Source: Candidatus Omnitrophota bacterium (GTDB lineage: Bacteria > Omnitrophota > Gorgyraeia > Zapsychrales > Fredricksoniimonadaceae). Taken from it: a stretch of DNA of 64,000 nucleotides. The notes beneath the pieces were generated by a model that saw nothing but the letters and a program-made list of their open reading frames with translations, was not told where the DNA came from and did not search any database. Within the stretch, counting starts at the first letter, position 1, and every line of letters begins with the position of its first letter. The translations under genes and the position numbers were made by a program. The stretch lies in the NCBI GenBank assembly GCA_044225175.1, contig JBGAJA010000005.1, forward strand, positions 17,869-81,868, written 5' to 3'. This document shows positions 1 to 9,642 of the stretch, piece after piece.

Positions 1-2
1 CT

Positions 3-254
3 TGGAGTGAATTTGAAGAAGCATTGACTTCTAAAGCCGAAATTATCCTGCTGGATAATATGACGCCAGCCCAGGTTAAACGATGTGTAAATTTTAGAAA
101 TAAATTCAAGAAGAATGTATTGTTGGAAGCCTCTGGTGGTATTAATCTTAAGAACGTTAAGGCTTATGCTAAGACGGGTGTTGAAAGAATTTCCGTTGGA
201 TCATTGACTTCAATTATTGAAGGAATAGATATCTCGCTGGACTTTAATTTATGA
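3..254 (+). CDS. nadC: Quinolinate phosphoribosyltransferase, C-terminal part (5' truncated by the window edge)
   Basis: ILLDNM, LEASGGI, GVERISVGSLT and DISLD motifs; the frame is open back to position 3. Confidence 0.93.
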   Translation, partial: WSEFEEALTSKAEIILLDNMTPAQVKRCVNFRNKFKKNVLLEASGGINLKNVKAYAKTGVERISVGSLTSIIEGIDISLDFNL

Positions 255-919
255 AATTAATTGTGATACTGCTCTTGGTGTGTTTTTGTCCTGTAAGCTG
301 GGCCCAGACTCTGCCTATTGAAGGGGCTGAGCTTGGTTCTGGCGCTATCTTTGATGACCGTGCTTTAATCAATGGGTATACAGATAAGTTTGCTGAAGAG
401 AACCAAGATGTCTTGCTTGCCATGATTGAAGATGATTCTCTTGGGTCATATAAATGTGCGGCTGCTGTTCGAGTTTTTAAGCAAAAGTATGGTAACGAAA
501 TATTATCTGCTGAGAAGAGTGGAATTATTAGGCTCCTTTTACGACGTATGAACCGTACAGATTCTCCATTTGTTCAAGTAGAAATTTTTCATACATTAAT
601 TGTCTTAGATAGGTATCAATATTTCGAATCTATGATGCCTGCATTAATCCAGAAACTTGACCACTACAATGCTGTTGTACGTGACTTAAGCTATGATAAT
701 ATCCTTGAAGTGATTAAAGTGGGACATCATACGAGGGAAGCTAGGATCATTTTTAATAATTTACGAAAAACATTCTTTCTTTCACGAAAACGTTTAAGTA
801 ATGTTGTAACCCCAGATATTAAATTAAAACAGAAGCTAGAGATTTTGCGCTGGTCGATTAAGATCCTAGGCACTCAGGAACTTAAGAAGCTGCCTTCTGA
901 AGTTATCAGTTTGCTATAA
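251..919 (+). CDS. Secreted hypothetical protein, probably helical/HEAT-like
   Basis: 222-aa ORF with a signal peptide (..VSWA-Q); ATG overlaps the nadC stop. Confidence 0.7.
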   Translation: MKLIVILLLVCFCPVSWAQTLPIEGAELGSGAIFDDRALINGYTDKFAEENQDVLLAMIEDDSLGSYKCAAAVRVFKQKYGNEILSAEKSGIIRLLLRRMNRTDSPFVQVEIFHTLIVLDRYQYFESMMPALIQKLDHYNAVVRDLSYDNILEVIKVGHHTREARIIFNNLRKTFFLSRKRLSNVVTPDIKLKQKLEILRWSIKILGTQELKKLPSEVISLL

Positions 920-949
920 AACCCTTTTTTGTTATAATTTGCCTCAATT

Positions 950-1798
950 ATGTTGCTTAATCCTTTAACTCTTCACACACCAAAATCTGTTCAAGAAGCT
1001 GCAAAACTCTATAAAGAATTGGAAGATTCTAAGGTTTTAGCAGGAGGAACCTTTCTCATGAACAGTTTAAAGCTTTTTAAGCATAAGGGGACCAAAACTC
1101 CTCGCAATGTATTAAGCTTAAGCCATGTAGAGGATCTTAAAGGAATCATTTTTGATGGAAAGACCCTGACCATTAAAGCCATGACAACGATCACAGAGAT
1201 TTTTGAAAATCCCATCATTGAAGAACATTTTCCAATCCTTAAAATAATTGCTCGTAATATTTCAACGACACCTATACGCAATATGGCTAGTTTCGGTGGT
1301 AATTTAACTTGCCGCTATACCTGGACAGAAATGCCAGTTGCGATGATTGCGCTCGATGCTCAAATGTATTTTATGACTCCTGATGGTCAATCTTCTATCG
1401 TGAGTGCAGAAGATTTCTTTAAGAATAATGCTAGAAGCGAAAACCTTTTTACCCATGTTGTGATTGTTAAAGATTCCAATGCCCGCTTAGCTTACCGCAG
1501 AGTGCGCAAGATGTCTGATGTGGATCAGCCTGCATTGACGCTATCTATTAAGACCTCGATTAAAGATAAGCAATGGAGCAATACAAGAGTTGTTGTAAAT
1601 AGCGGAACAGCTTTTGCCCAAAGGGACTATATTCTTGAGAAATTCCTAGATGGCAAAGATTCAAAGGAATCTTTAGGGCTAGAGGCGTTGAATCATTTGA
1701 CCACAACCATTTATGATACGAGAAGCAACGAATACAAACAGCATATGTTTAGAATTAGCATTCAAAGATCTATTGAGGAAATATGCAAATCCAATTAA
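950..1798 (+). CDS. Xanthine dehydrogenase family molybdoenzyme, FAD-binding (medium) subunit
   Basis: VLAGGT and IRNMASFGGNL FAD-binding motifs; adjacent to the 2Fe-2S and Mo subunits. Confidence 0.9.
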   Translation: MLLNPLTLHTPKSVQEAAKLYKELEDSKVLAGGTFLMNSLKLFKHKGTKTPRNVLSLSHVEDLKGIIFDGKTLTIKAMTTITEIFENPIIEEHFPILKIIARNISTTPIRNMASFGGNLTCRYTWTEMPVAMIALDAQMYFMTPDGQSSIVSAEDFFKNNARSENLFTHVVIVKDSNARLAYRRVRKMSDVDQPALTLSIKTSIKDKQWSNTRVVVNSGTAFAQRDYILEKFLDGKDSKESLGLEALNHLTTTIYDTRSNEYKQHMFRISIQRSIEEICKSN

Positions 1799-2250
1799 CG
1801 GTCAATCAAAGGTTGCACACAATTGAACTCAAAGGTCATGAGACTCTACTTGAAACTCTACGTGATAACCTAGGCCTCACAGGAACTAAGACTGCTTGCC
1901 AGGAAAGTGAATGTGGAACGTGTGCAGTCATGATCAATGGAAAATCAATTTTGTCCTGTATTACCTTAGCTGCAACATTAGATGGTCAAAGCGTGACTAC
2001 CATAGAAGGGTTAGCTAAGGGTGATCATTTGCATCCTGTTCAAGAAGCCTTTATTGCTCATGGATCTTCTCAATGTGGTTTTTGTATTCCTGGGATGATC
2101 ATTTCAGCAACTGCTCTATTAGAAAAGAACCCTAATCCAACCAAAACAGAAATTGAATATGCGCTTGATGGAAATATTTGCCGCTGTGCTGGATATCCAA
2201 AGATCTTCGAAGCTGTAGTTGAAGCGGGTAAGAAAATGGCAAAAGGTTAA
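1783..2250 (+). CDS. Xanthine dehydrogenase family 2Fe-2S (small) subunit
   Basis: GTKTACQESECGTC..SC and QCGFCIPG..GNICRC cysteine motifs. Confidence 0.95.
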   Translation: MQIQLTVNQRLHTIELKGHETLLETLRDNLGLTGTKTACQESECGTCAVMINGKSILSCITLAATLDGQSVTTIEGLAKGDHLHPVQEAFIAHGSSQCGFCIPGMIISATALLEKNPNPTKTEIEYALDGNICRCAGYPKIFEAVVEAGKKMAKG

Positions 2251-2251
2251 T

Positions 2252-4603
2252 ATGGCTTTAACAACGAAATCCAAATATATTGATCAATATGTTGACCCGG
2301 TGGGAAAGAGTGTTCCACGCTTAGAGGGTAGAGGTGTTGTTACAGGACAGCTTAAATATGCTTTTGATCTCAAATTTGGCAATATGCTTGTTGGCAAAAT
2401 GTTGCGTTCTCCACATGCACATGCTCGGATTTTGAGTATTGATACCTCCAAAGCCGAAGCTCTCCCTGGAGTAAAGGCCATCGTAACCGGAAAAGATACT
2501 TATGGAATCAAGTTTGGATCCAATGAATATTTTTTCCCCCATACTGTTGATCAAATGGCCCTTGAAACGGATAAGGTACGCTATATTGGAGATGAAATTG
2601 CAGCTGTTGCAGCGATTGATGAAGAAACTGTTGATCAAGCCTTGAAATTAATTGATGTGAAGTACGAAATCTTGCCAGGTGTTTTTGAAATTGAAGAAGC
2701 TATGAAGCCAGGTGCTCCTCAGATTCATGAAGCTTTGAATAATATCGCTCTCATCTTGCCTGTTAATTTTAACAATCCTGAACGTATGATGAAGGAAGCG
2801 GACTACGTGCGTGAGGACAAGTTTTGGTGTCCGGTCGCTCATCCATCTCCCATGGAACCCCATGTCTGCGTCGGGCAATGGGAAACATTTACCGATAAGA
2901 TTACGATTTGGTCTTCATCACAAGCTCCATTTAAGCTTCGTGAAGCTTTAGCTAAAACACTTAAAATGGATTTGAATAATGTCCGTGTCATCAAGATGCC
3001 AACCGGTGGTGGATTTGGTGGAAAGCTTGAGATGCTGCCAATGGATTTTGCTGCATGTTTATTATCTAGGAAGGCAGGTGGAGTGCCCGTTAAAATTTCT
3101 TTAACACGTGAAGAAGAATTTACAACCACTCGTCGTAAGCACGGTATGATTTATACGGTCAAGACTGGTGTTAAGAAAGATGGAACAATCATGGCTATGA
3201 CGGGCCAGGTCTTGGCTGATGGTGGAGCTTACTGCAGTTACGGACCCACTGTTCTTGCAGCAGCCATGATGCGTATCTTCATGGTTTACAAAATTGAACA
3301 TTTTAAAATGAGCGGTTATCGTATTTATACAAATAATCCTATCAGTGGAGCCATGCGCGGGTTTGGGGGGGTGCAATCAGGATTTGCCATTGAATCTCAC
3401 ATGGATATGATTGCCAACGATCTTGGCATGGACCCGATTGAATTTCGTTTAAAGAATATTACAACGGCAAACATGACAACGGTCAATGGAATGAAATTAA
3501 CAACCAATGGAATGAAAGAATGTATTGAAAAAGCCATGGTTGCCTGTGATTGGAAGAATAAAAGAGGCAAGCAACAACATCTCTGTCGGGGTATTGGTAT
3601 TGGAATTGCTGCTGATGTTATGGGTTCTAAGATGTACAAGTCTCATGAATCAGCTGGTGCTATTGTTAAAGTTGAGGAAGATGGTTCTGTATATCTATTT
3701 ACTGGTGCAGCTGATACAGGACAGGGTTCTAATACAGCATTGTCCCAAATTGCAGCTCAAGCCTTGGGGGTGAGTTTTACCCGTATTAAATGTAAAGCAG
3801 GGGATACAGAAATTACTCCGTTTGATACTGGTTCTTTTGCCAGCCGTGTTACTTTTATTTCTGGAAATGCTGCGCTCTTAGGCGCTCTTGATGCAAAGAA
3901 TCAAATTTTAGAAATTGTCTGCAAAGAACATAATTTAAAAGTTGAAGACTTAGATATTAAGGCTGAGCATGTGATCTACAAGGTTGATGGTAAAAAGTTA
4001 ATGAATTTTGATAAGGCGCTTGAACTTTGTTATTCATTTAATTATGGAAAGCAAATCATTGGTCGAGGAAGTTATAACCCTAAAACAACGCCTATTGATT
4101 TTAGAAATGGTTCTGGAAACGTTTCTGGAAGTTACGGTTTTGAAGCGCAGATTGCTGAAGTGGAAGTTAACAAAGACACTGGGGAAGTTAAGGTTTTACA
4201 AATTTGGGACGCACATGATATTGGAAAGGCAATCAATCCTCAGTCCTGCGAAGCTCAAATTGAAGGGTCTTTGGCAATGGGATTAGGTTATACATTCTAT
4301 GAAGATTTGAGATTCAAGAATGGTCGTGTATTAAATGCAAATTTCGCTGGCTATCGAGTTCCTCGTTCGATTGGTTTACCCATCATGACAAGTATCATGG
4401 TTGAAACAAATGATCCTGAAGGGCCATTTGGAGCCAAAGGAATGGGAGAGGCTGCTTTGCTTCCAACATCAGCGGCTATTGCTAACGCAATTGAAGATGC
4501 AATTGGTGTTCGAATTAAAGAACTTCCAATAACACCGGATAAAATCATCAAAGCTCTAAAAGAAAAAGCCTGTCAGACGAAGTCAAATTCAGAAAGCCTT
4601 TAA
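2252..4603 (+). CDS. Xanthine dehydrogenase family molybdopterin-binding (large) subunit, substrate unknown
   Basis: RSPHAHA, GGGFGGK, GAMRGFG, GQGS, GSFASR and GAKGMGE motifs; ATG at 2252 follows the small-subunit stop. Confidence 0.92.
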   Translation: MALTTKSKYIDQYVDPVGKSVPRLEGRGVVTGQLKYAFDLKFGNMLVGKMLRSPHAHARILSIDTSKAEALPGVKAIVTGKDTYGIKFGSNEYFFPHTVDQMALETDKVRYIGDEIAAVAAIDEETVDQALKLIDVKYEILPGVFEIEEAMKPGAPQIHEALNNIALILPVNFNNPERMMKEADYVREDKFWCPVAHPSPMEPHVCVGQWETFTDKITIWSSSQAPFKLREALAKTLKMDLNNVRVIKMPTGGGFGGKLEMLPMDFAACLLSRKAGGVPVKISLTREEEFTTTRRKHGMIYTVKTGVKKDGTIMAMTGQVLADGGAYCSYGPTVLAAAMMRIFMVYKIEHFKMSGYRIYTNNPISGAMRGFGGVQSGFAIESHMDMIANDLGMDPIEFRLKNITTANMTTVNGMKLTTNGMKECIEKAMVACDWKNKRGKQQHLCRGIGIGIAADVMGSKMYKSHESAGAIVKVEEDGSVYLFTGAADTGQGSNTALSQIAAQALGVSFTRIKCKAGDTEITPFDTGSFASRVTFISGNAALLGALDAKNQILEIVCKEHNLKVEDLDIKAEHVIYKVDGKKLMNFDKALELCYSFNYGKQIIGRGSYNPKTTPIDFRNGSGNVSGSYGFEAQIAEVEVNKDTGEVKVLQIWDAHDIGKAINPQSCEAQIEGSLAMGLGYTFYEDLRFKNGRVLNANFAGYRVPRSIGLPIMTSIMVETNDPEGPFGAKGMGEAALLPTSAAIANAIEDAIGVRIKELPITPDKIIKALKEKACQTKSNSESL

Positions 4604-4656
4604 CGAAGTCTGAAAAAGAGCTTGTCAGTTTAACCTTGAAGGATATAATCAAAACT

Positions 4657-5028
4657 ATGAAAAAATTATTCTTACTTCCACTACTCGCTTTAGTACTCAC
4701 AGGTTGTACAATTTATCAAATCGATTCTAAAGATACGACCGATAACTTTTATGCACCAAAGACAGAAATTGATCAAGTTCAGTATTTAGAAACCGTTGAT
4801 CGTGCCCACGATCAAATTGGCGTTGTAACAGTCACAACCGAACGCCGTCAATCCTTAGAAGACGCCATTCCCAAACTCAAACAAGAAGCCGCTATCCTAG
4901 GTGGAGATGCCATCACAGACATTCAAAGTGATGCCACCGAAAATTGGAAAAAGGTCAGACCTAAGAAACTCTTAGGCAACGCCTACATCCGCGCAACTTA
5001 TACTGCCAAAGTTATTGTATTTAAGTAA
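4657..5028 (+). CDS. Lipoprotein, YbjQ-like fold (possible)
   Basis: MKK + hydrophobic stretch + LTGC lipobox; LKQEAAILGGDAI motif. Confidence 0.7.
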   Translation: MKKLFLLPLLALVLTGCTIYQIDSKDTTDNFYAPKTEIDQVQYLETVDRAHDQIGVVTVTTERRQSLEDAIPKLKQEAAILGGDAITDIQSDATENWKKVRPKKLLGNAYIRATYTAKVIVFK

Positions 5029-5036
5029 TAAATTTT

Positions 5037-5077
5037 AAAAAATGACGGACACTTTAATAAGTGTCCGTCATTTTTTT
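5037..5077 (+). terminator. Rho-independent terminator-like hairpin
   Basis: AAAAAATGACGGACACTT-taat-AAGTGTCCGTCATTTTTT perfect stem with a T tract, just after the lipoprotein stop. Confidence 0.8.
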
Positions 5078-5158
5078 GTTTATATGGTATGCTTGATTGT
5101 ATGTCTTTGAAGGATATCGAATTTAAGTTGTTCTTTATATAGGAAGAGGAGTTGATCA

Positions 5159-6415
5159 ATGCTCAAGTCAGCGCGATTCTCGTGTGTCACGGTTGGTCTA
5201 TTAAGAATACCTAGTTTCTTGGGCATCACCCTTTTGGTGTCTGTTTTAAGTTTTAATTCTGTTCAAGCTGCAGTGTTTGCTCCACATGACTGTGGGGAAT
5301 TGTACTCGCCTAATTTTGTGTCAGAAATGCACGACCAGATCGATTCCAGAATTGCTGGTTTAGAAACTTCGGTTGGACATATCAATATTTTCTCATCCAG
5401 GGGAAATGGCGGCGGCGGTTGGTCTCGCAACGCGTCTGTGTGGACGAAAAATGGCGACTTTCCCCTTGATTTGACGGGTGTTTCGCCTTGGAACTCCTAT
5501 GGAGGCTACACAAGAGCTGGAACATTGATCAGTCCAAAGCATATTGTATATGCTAATCATTTTCAATATCCCATTGGAACGACAATTGTTTTTATTGATT
5601 CAGCCGGTGCCGTTGTCTCCAGAACAGTTCAGGCGAAGGCTTATATCCAAAATAGTGATATTATAGTGGGGGTTTTGAATGAAGCTGTACCAAACACAGT
5701 AGCTTTTTACCCAATCATGTCCGGGGATGAAATCAACCATTATTTTGATACGACAACGGGTATGCCTTTAGTCGTGCTTGACCAGGAAGGCAAAGCGATT
5801 GTTCGCAACGTTGTTCTTATTGGCCATCCTCAACTCAAGCGGACATTGCACCAGGTAGCTACTAGTTTACCTCGTTCACTTTTTTCTGAGGAGCTTGTGG
5901 ATGGAGATTCCGGCAATCCAGGATTTTTGGTTGCTGGAGATCAGCTTATTTTAAATTTTACTCATAAAGGCCCTTCCCACGGTATAGCACATGGAAATTT
6001 TATCAATGAAATTAATTCTGCGATGACAACACTAGGTAGTTCCGGGTACCAAGTTTCAACATTCGATTTGTCCTGTTTTACTTCGGGTCAGATCGTACTT
6101 ATTCCGCAAACATTTTTTATTTCTGAAAGAGCGGCCAAAGGTCTAGTGGTGGGAAGTGTTTACGCAAAAGGATTATTTCTAAATCATCAACCATATTACT
6201 CAATTATTTCTGGTGACAGCGAAGGTGCTTTTTCTATCAGCTCTTCCACTGGTGCTATTTCCGTATTAAATCCTTCGCTCCTAAATTTTAAAACCAAGCC
6301 GCAGTATGTGCTCACTGTTCAGGTAAGTAGCATACAGAATCCTTATAACCTTTCTACAACGACTATCACAATCAACGTTATGAACGTATCAAGTCACACT
6401 GCAGTTTTGCACTAG
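5159..6415 (+). CDS. Secreted trypsin-like serine protease with a C-terminal cadherin-like domain
   Basis: Signal peptide (VQA-A); GTLISPKHIVYANH (His), SDI (Asp), GDSGNP (Ser); C-terminal YSIISG..FSISSSTGAI..YVLTVQV cadherin pattern. Confidence 0.75.
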   Translation: MLKSARFSCVTVGLLRIPSFLGITLLVSVLSFNSVQAAVFAPHDCGELYSPNFVSEMHDQIDSRIAGLETSVGHINIFSSRGNGGGGWSRNASVWTKNGDFPLDLTGVSPWNSYGGYTRAGTLISPKHIVYANHFQYPIGTTIVFIDSAGAVVSRTVQAKAYIQNSDIIVGVLNEAVPNTVAFYPIMSGDEINHYFDTTTGMPLVVLDQEGKAIVRNVVLIGHPQLKRTLHQVATSLPRSLFSEELVDGDSGNPGFLVAGDQLILNFTHKGPSHGIAHGNFINEINSAMTTLGSSGYQVSTFDLSCFTSGQIVLIPQTFFISERAAKGLVVGSVYAKGLFLNHQPYYSIISGDSEGAFSISSSTGAISVLNPSLLNFKTKPQYVLTVQVSSIQNPYNLSTTTITINVMNVSSHTAVLH

Positions 6416-6416
6416 T

Positions 6417-6992
6417 TTATTTGAGGATTTTACTAAGTTCTTCTGGGGTGTTGAATGACTGAACAATTCCAGGGTCATCAATTTCTAAATATTGCACTTT
6501 CTGTTCCCGCATAAAATCATTCATGCCTTGATGAACGTTCATGCCAAGGATCGTATTTCTTAAATCGTTATTAAAAATGGGAGGATGGCCGCGTTTTCCT
6601 TTATAGGTGGGAAGAAGGATAGAAGGGTTCTTTGACTCGAAAGATTCAATCAATTCATTGATAGTTTTAGTCATAACAAAGGGACAATCCACAGGAAGAA
6701 GCATAAAACCATCGGCTTTGTAGCTGGCGATTGAAATTCCTTTTTGAAATGAAGATGTTTGCCCAAATTTATAATCTTTGTTGTAGACAACAGAGACTTT
6801 GCTGTGGTTAAATACATACGGTTTGACGACTTCTTCGTAAGCTCCAGTAACAATGATGATTTCACCGACGAGGCTCTCAATCAGTTTGTTTTGTAGTAGT
6901 TCGATAGCTTTGAGATTTTCAATCTCAGCCAATGCTTTGGGTGAGCCAAAACGTTTGCTCTCACCAGCTGTTAGTAGAATGCAAGAAACCAT
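6417..6992 (-). CDS. mocA: MocA-like molybdenum cofactor cytidylyltransferase (NTP transferase family)
   Basis: ILLTAGESKRFGSPK, PVDCP, GHPPIF and FNTPEE motifs; near XDH-family genes. Confidence 0.8.
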   Translation of the reverse strand: MVSCILLTAGESKRFGSPKALAEIENLKAIELLQNKLIESLVGEIIIVTGAYEEVVKPYVFNHSKVSVVYNKDYKFGQTSSFQKGISIASYKADGFMLLPVDCPFVMTKTINELIESFESKNPSILLPTYKGKRGHPPIFNNDLRNTILGMNVHQGMNDFMREQKVQYLEIDDPGIVQSFNTPEELSKILK

Positions 6993-7021
6993 AATTTCAT
7001 TATAAATAAAGACTTTAAAAT

Positions 7022-7435
7022 ATGCTGATCTTTTTTGTGATTGTATTTATTTTCGGGCTTTCAGCTATTTTGTTGATTACTTTATTTGCCCCTGAAATCC
7101 TACCTTGGTTTAAACCCCATTTAATTTTAGAAAGAAGTGAAATAAAAAGAGAACCAAAGCCTCCGGCTATTCAAAAGCCTCAGGTCATGGAAGGTTTGAT
7201 TGAGCAAGATATAGAATTTAATATTTCTTTGAAAGAAAAGATTGAAAGATTAGAGGTCATTCTTCATGAGAAGAATAAAATTCTTGAAAAGCTACAGACC
7301 CAATTAGATGCTGAACGTGAGCATAGGCATGAATTTGAAAAGGTCCGTGAAATGTTAATAGCGCAGATTGAAAGTTTAAAAAATAAAAATAAAGAATTAA
7401 AAACATCCGCCAAAGGTGGATCAGCCTCTGGCTGA
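7022..7435 (+). CDS. Membrane-anchored coiled-coil hypothetical protein
   Basis: N-terminal TM segment and E/K/L-rich heptads; the C-terminus is encoded by a palindromic repeat. Confidence 0.65.
   Translation: MLIFFVIVFIFGLSAILLITLFAPEILPWFKPHLILERSEIKREPKPPAIQKPQVMEGLIEQDIEFNISLKEKIERLEVILHEKNKILEKLQTQLDAEREHRHEFEKVREMLIAQIESLKNKNKELKTSAKGGSASG
7406..7435. repeat. 30-bp double-hairpin repeat, copy 1 (reverse orientation)
   Basis: TCCGCCaaaGGTGGA TCAGCCtctGGCTGA; its reverse complement matches 63336-63365 at 27/30 nt. Confidence 0.8.
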
Positions 7436-7451
7436 AAGAGAGGAGAGCTCA

Positions 7452-8006
7452 ATGGTTAAGATTTTATCTATGATCGTAGGTTTATTTTTAGTAATGCCAA
7501 ATTTGGCACAAGCACAAGAAAAGGAGAATGCTGTGAATAATCCAATAGTTGTCTTAGAAACAAATCAAGGTAAGGTAGAAATTAAAATGTATCCAGAATA
7601 TGCCCCTAAGACAGTCGAGAACTTTGTCGGTCTTGTCAAAAAAGGATATTATGATGGTCTTATTTTTCATCGTGTCATTAAGAATTTTATGATTCAAGGT
7701 GGCGATCCTACAGGAACTGGTCGTGGGGGGGAGAGTCTTTGGGGTGGTAAATTTGATGATGAGTTTAGCGATAAAATTCGTTTTGATCGCAAAGGTCTCT
7801 TAGCTATGGCTAATGCTGGTCCTGGAACTAACGGCAGCCAATTTTTTATTACTACAATTCCAACTCCATGGCTCAATGATCATCACACAATTTTTGGTGA
7901 AGTCGTGTCTGGTTATGATGTGGTTCAAAAAATTGAGAATACTTCCACTCAACCTGGTGATCGTCCAACTCAAGAACAAAAGATCATTAAAGCAACTGTT
8001 AAATGA
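7452..8006 (+). CDS. Cyclophilin-type peptidyl-prolyl cis-trans isomerase with signal peptide
   Basis: FHRVIKNFMIQGGDPTGTG, LAMANAGPGTNGSQFFIT, HTIFG; AGGAGA RBS before ATG 7452. Confidence 0.95.
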   Translation: MVKILSMIVGLFLVMPNLAQAQEKENAVNNPIVVLETNQGKVEIKMYPEYAPKTVENFVGLVKKGYYDGLIFHRVIKNFMIQGGDPTGTGRGGESLWGGKFDDEFSDKIRFDRKGLLAMANAGPGTNGSQFFITTIPTPWLNDHHTIFGEVVSGYDVVQKIENTSTQPGDRPTQEQKIIKATVK

Positions 8007-8800
8007 CAGATGTCTTATTAAATAAAGCGCTGGAAGCTTTTCAACGGGGAGAGAAGTACGCTTTTGCAACCATCATTGAAGCGACTTTGAAAGGTACACC
8101 TCGAAAAGCAGGGGCCAAGATGATTGTGTTTGAAGATGGATCATCTTGGGGGACAATTGGTGGGGGTAGGAATGAAAAAGCTGCTATTGCGGAATGTCTT
8201 AAAGCCTTAGCATCAGGTAACCCTGCGACGGTGACATACAATTATTTTGGCCGTGAAGGGGAGTCTGTGTGTGGCGGGCAGATGAAGGTCTTTATAGAAC
8301 CTTTTATGCCATCGATTCATTTGGTCATTTGTGGTGCAGGACACATTGCTTTGCCCCTTTCTGCCATTGGAAAGATGCTTGGATATAAAATCACAATCAT
8401 TGATAATCGAAAAGAGTTTGCGAATAAGAAACGATTTCCACACGCAGATCAGATTCTTTTAGGCGATCATGCAAAAAAGTTGGCAACTGTTCCAATGAAT
8501 TCGAGTACATATGTAGCCATTGTGACCCAAGGCAATGAATTTGATTTTGAATGCCTTAAGGTGGTTGTGAAATCAAATGCAGGTTATATTGGTGTTATTT
8601 CTTCTCAACCTAAGAAAGTAAAATTCTTTGGACGTTTAAAGAAAGCAGGTGTGGAGGAGAAATATTTAAAGAGAGTAAAAATTCCAATGGGTTTAGATAT
8701 TGGCGCTCAAACACCTTGTGAGATTGCAATTTCTATTACGTCACAAATGGTAATGCTTAAAGAGCAAAGTCATATAGGAACCGATAAGTTTAGGAGATAA
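8003..8800 (+). CDS. xdhC: XdhC/CoxI family molybdoenzyme maturation factor
   Basis: GTPRKAGAKM, GTIGGG, CGGQMKVFIE, GAGHIA and PMGLDIGA..EIAISI motifs. Confidence 0.9.
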   Translation: MTDVLLNKALEAFQRGEKYAFATIIEATLKGTPRKAGAKMIVFEDGSSWGTIGGGRNEKAAIAECLKALASGNPATVTYNYFGREGESVCGGQMKVFIEPFMPSIHLVICGAGHIALPLSAIGKMLGYKITIIDNRKEFANKKRFPHADQILLGDHAKKLATVPMNSSTYVAIVTQGNEFDFECLKVVVKSNAGYIGVISSQPKKVKFFGRLKKAGVEEKYLKRVKIPMGLDIGAQTPCEIAISITSQMVMLKEQSHIGTDKFRR

Positions 8801-8801
8801 C

Positions 8802-9209
8802 ATGGAAAAAGAAGAAGCGATTGATATTATTCGTGATGCAGGGTTTGGTTTTTTTGCAACAGCGGAAGGAGACCAGCCACGCGTAAGGCCAATGATGCCA
8901 TATTTATCAGAAGACGGGGAGCTTTTATTGGCTTTGTTAGGTCGCTCAAGAACTATCAATCAGATTAAAGCTAATTCTAAGATCGAGGTTTGTTTTGTAG
9001 ACCGTAAGATGTGGTATTGCCGTGCAACAGGCACGGCGAAATTGACCGATGACGTTTCTAAGAAACAAACAGTCTTTGAGAATGTGCCTATGCTTCGTCA
9101 ATATTTTGCCGGTCCTGAAGACCCTAATTTTTATTTAGCCATCATAGATATCACAGCAGTTGAAGCTATGACGCCTCATAGCCGTAATCCTGAGCAAATT
9201 CCTCTTTAA
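8802..9209 (+). CDS. Pyridoxamine 5'-phosphate oxidase-like FMN-binding protein
   Basis: FATAEGDQPRVRPM and QIKANSKIEVC motifs. Confidence 0.8.
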   Translation: MEKEEAIDIIRDAGFGFFATAEGDQPRVRPMMPYLSEDGELLLALLGRSRTINQIKANSKIEVCFVDRKMWYCRATGTAKLTDDVSKKQTVFENVPMLRQYFAGPEDPNFYLAIIDITAVEAMTPHSRNPEQIPL

Positions 9210-9220
9210 GAAAGGTTCTC

Positions 9221-9598
9221 ATGAAAAGAATTCTAATTGTCGATGATGATGCTGGGATTATTGCTGTACTGAAGAGTTTCTTAGAAGGTGAAGACTTTGA
9301 AGTTTTGACAGCCAAGGATGGATCAGAAGCAATTCCTATTGTTCAAACTTGTTCTCCGAATCTAATTATTATGGATATCATGATGCCAAAGATGGATGGA
9401 GGCCAGGCTGTTCGTATTTTGAAGAATGATCCTAAAACTGAATCTATTCCTGTTTTATTCTTAACGGGAGTCATGTCCAATCATCCTCAAGGTAATGAAG
9501 CAGCTGGGATAAATGTGGATGGGGTAAATTATCCTACGTTAGCAAAGCCTTTTGATTTACAAACATTACTAGATCAAATCAATAAACTTATTTCATGA
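9221..9598 (+). CDS. Single-domain response regulator (receiver)
   Basis: ILIVDDD, IMDIMMPKMDG, FLTG and KPF motifs. Confidence 0.92.
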   Translation: MKRILIVDDDAGIIAVLKSFLEGEDFEVLTAKDGSEAIPIVQTCSPNLIIMDIMMPKMDGGQAVRILKNDPKTESIPVLFLTGVMSNHPQGNEAAGINVDGVNYPTLAKPFDLQTLLDQINKLIS

Positions 9599-9611
9599 GC
9601 TGAGTTTCAAC

Positions 9612-9634
9612 AAAAAGGTGTCTGACACCTTTTT
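9612..9634. repeat. 23-bp near-palindrome between convergent genes; likely a bidirectional terminator
   Basis: AAAAAGGTGTCTGACACCTTTTT, identical to 26831-26853. Confidence 0.8.
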
Positions 9635-9642
9635 GACATGTT

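Noticed and set aside
950-4603. Aerobic CO dehydrogenase (coxMSL) or 4-hydroxybenzoyl-CoA reductase call
   Set aside because: The diagnostic CoxL active-site loop and the HcrB Fe-S insert are not seen, so the call is left at family level.
7416-7451. Longer cyclophilin start (MDQPLAE..)
   Set aside because: It is derived from the 30-bp repeat; ATG 7452 has an RBS and begins a signal peptide.
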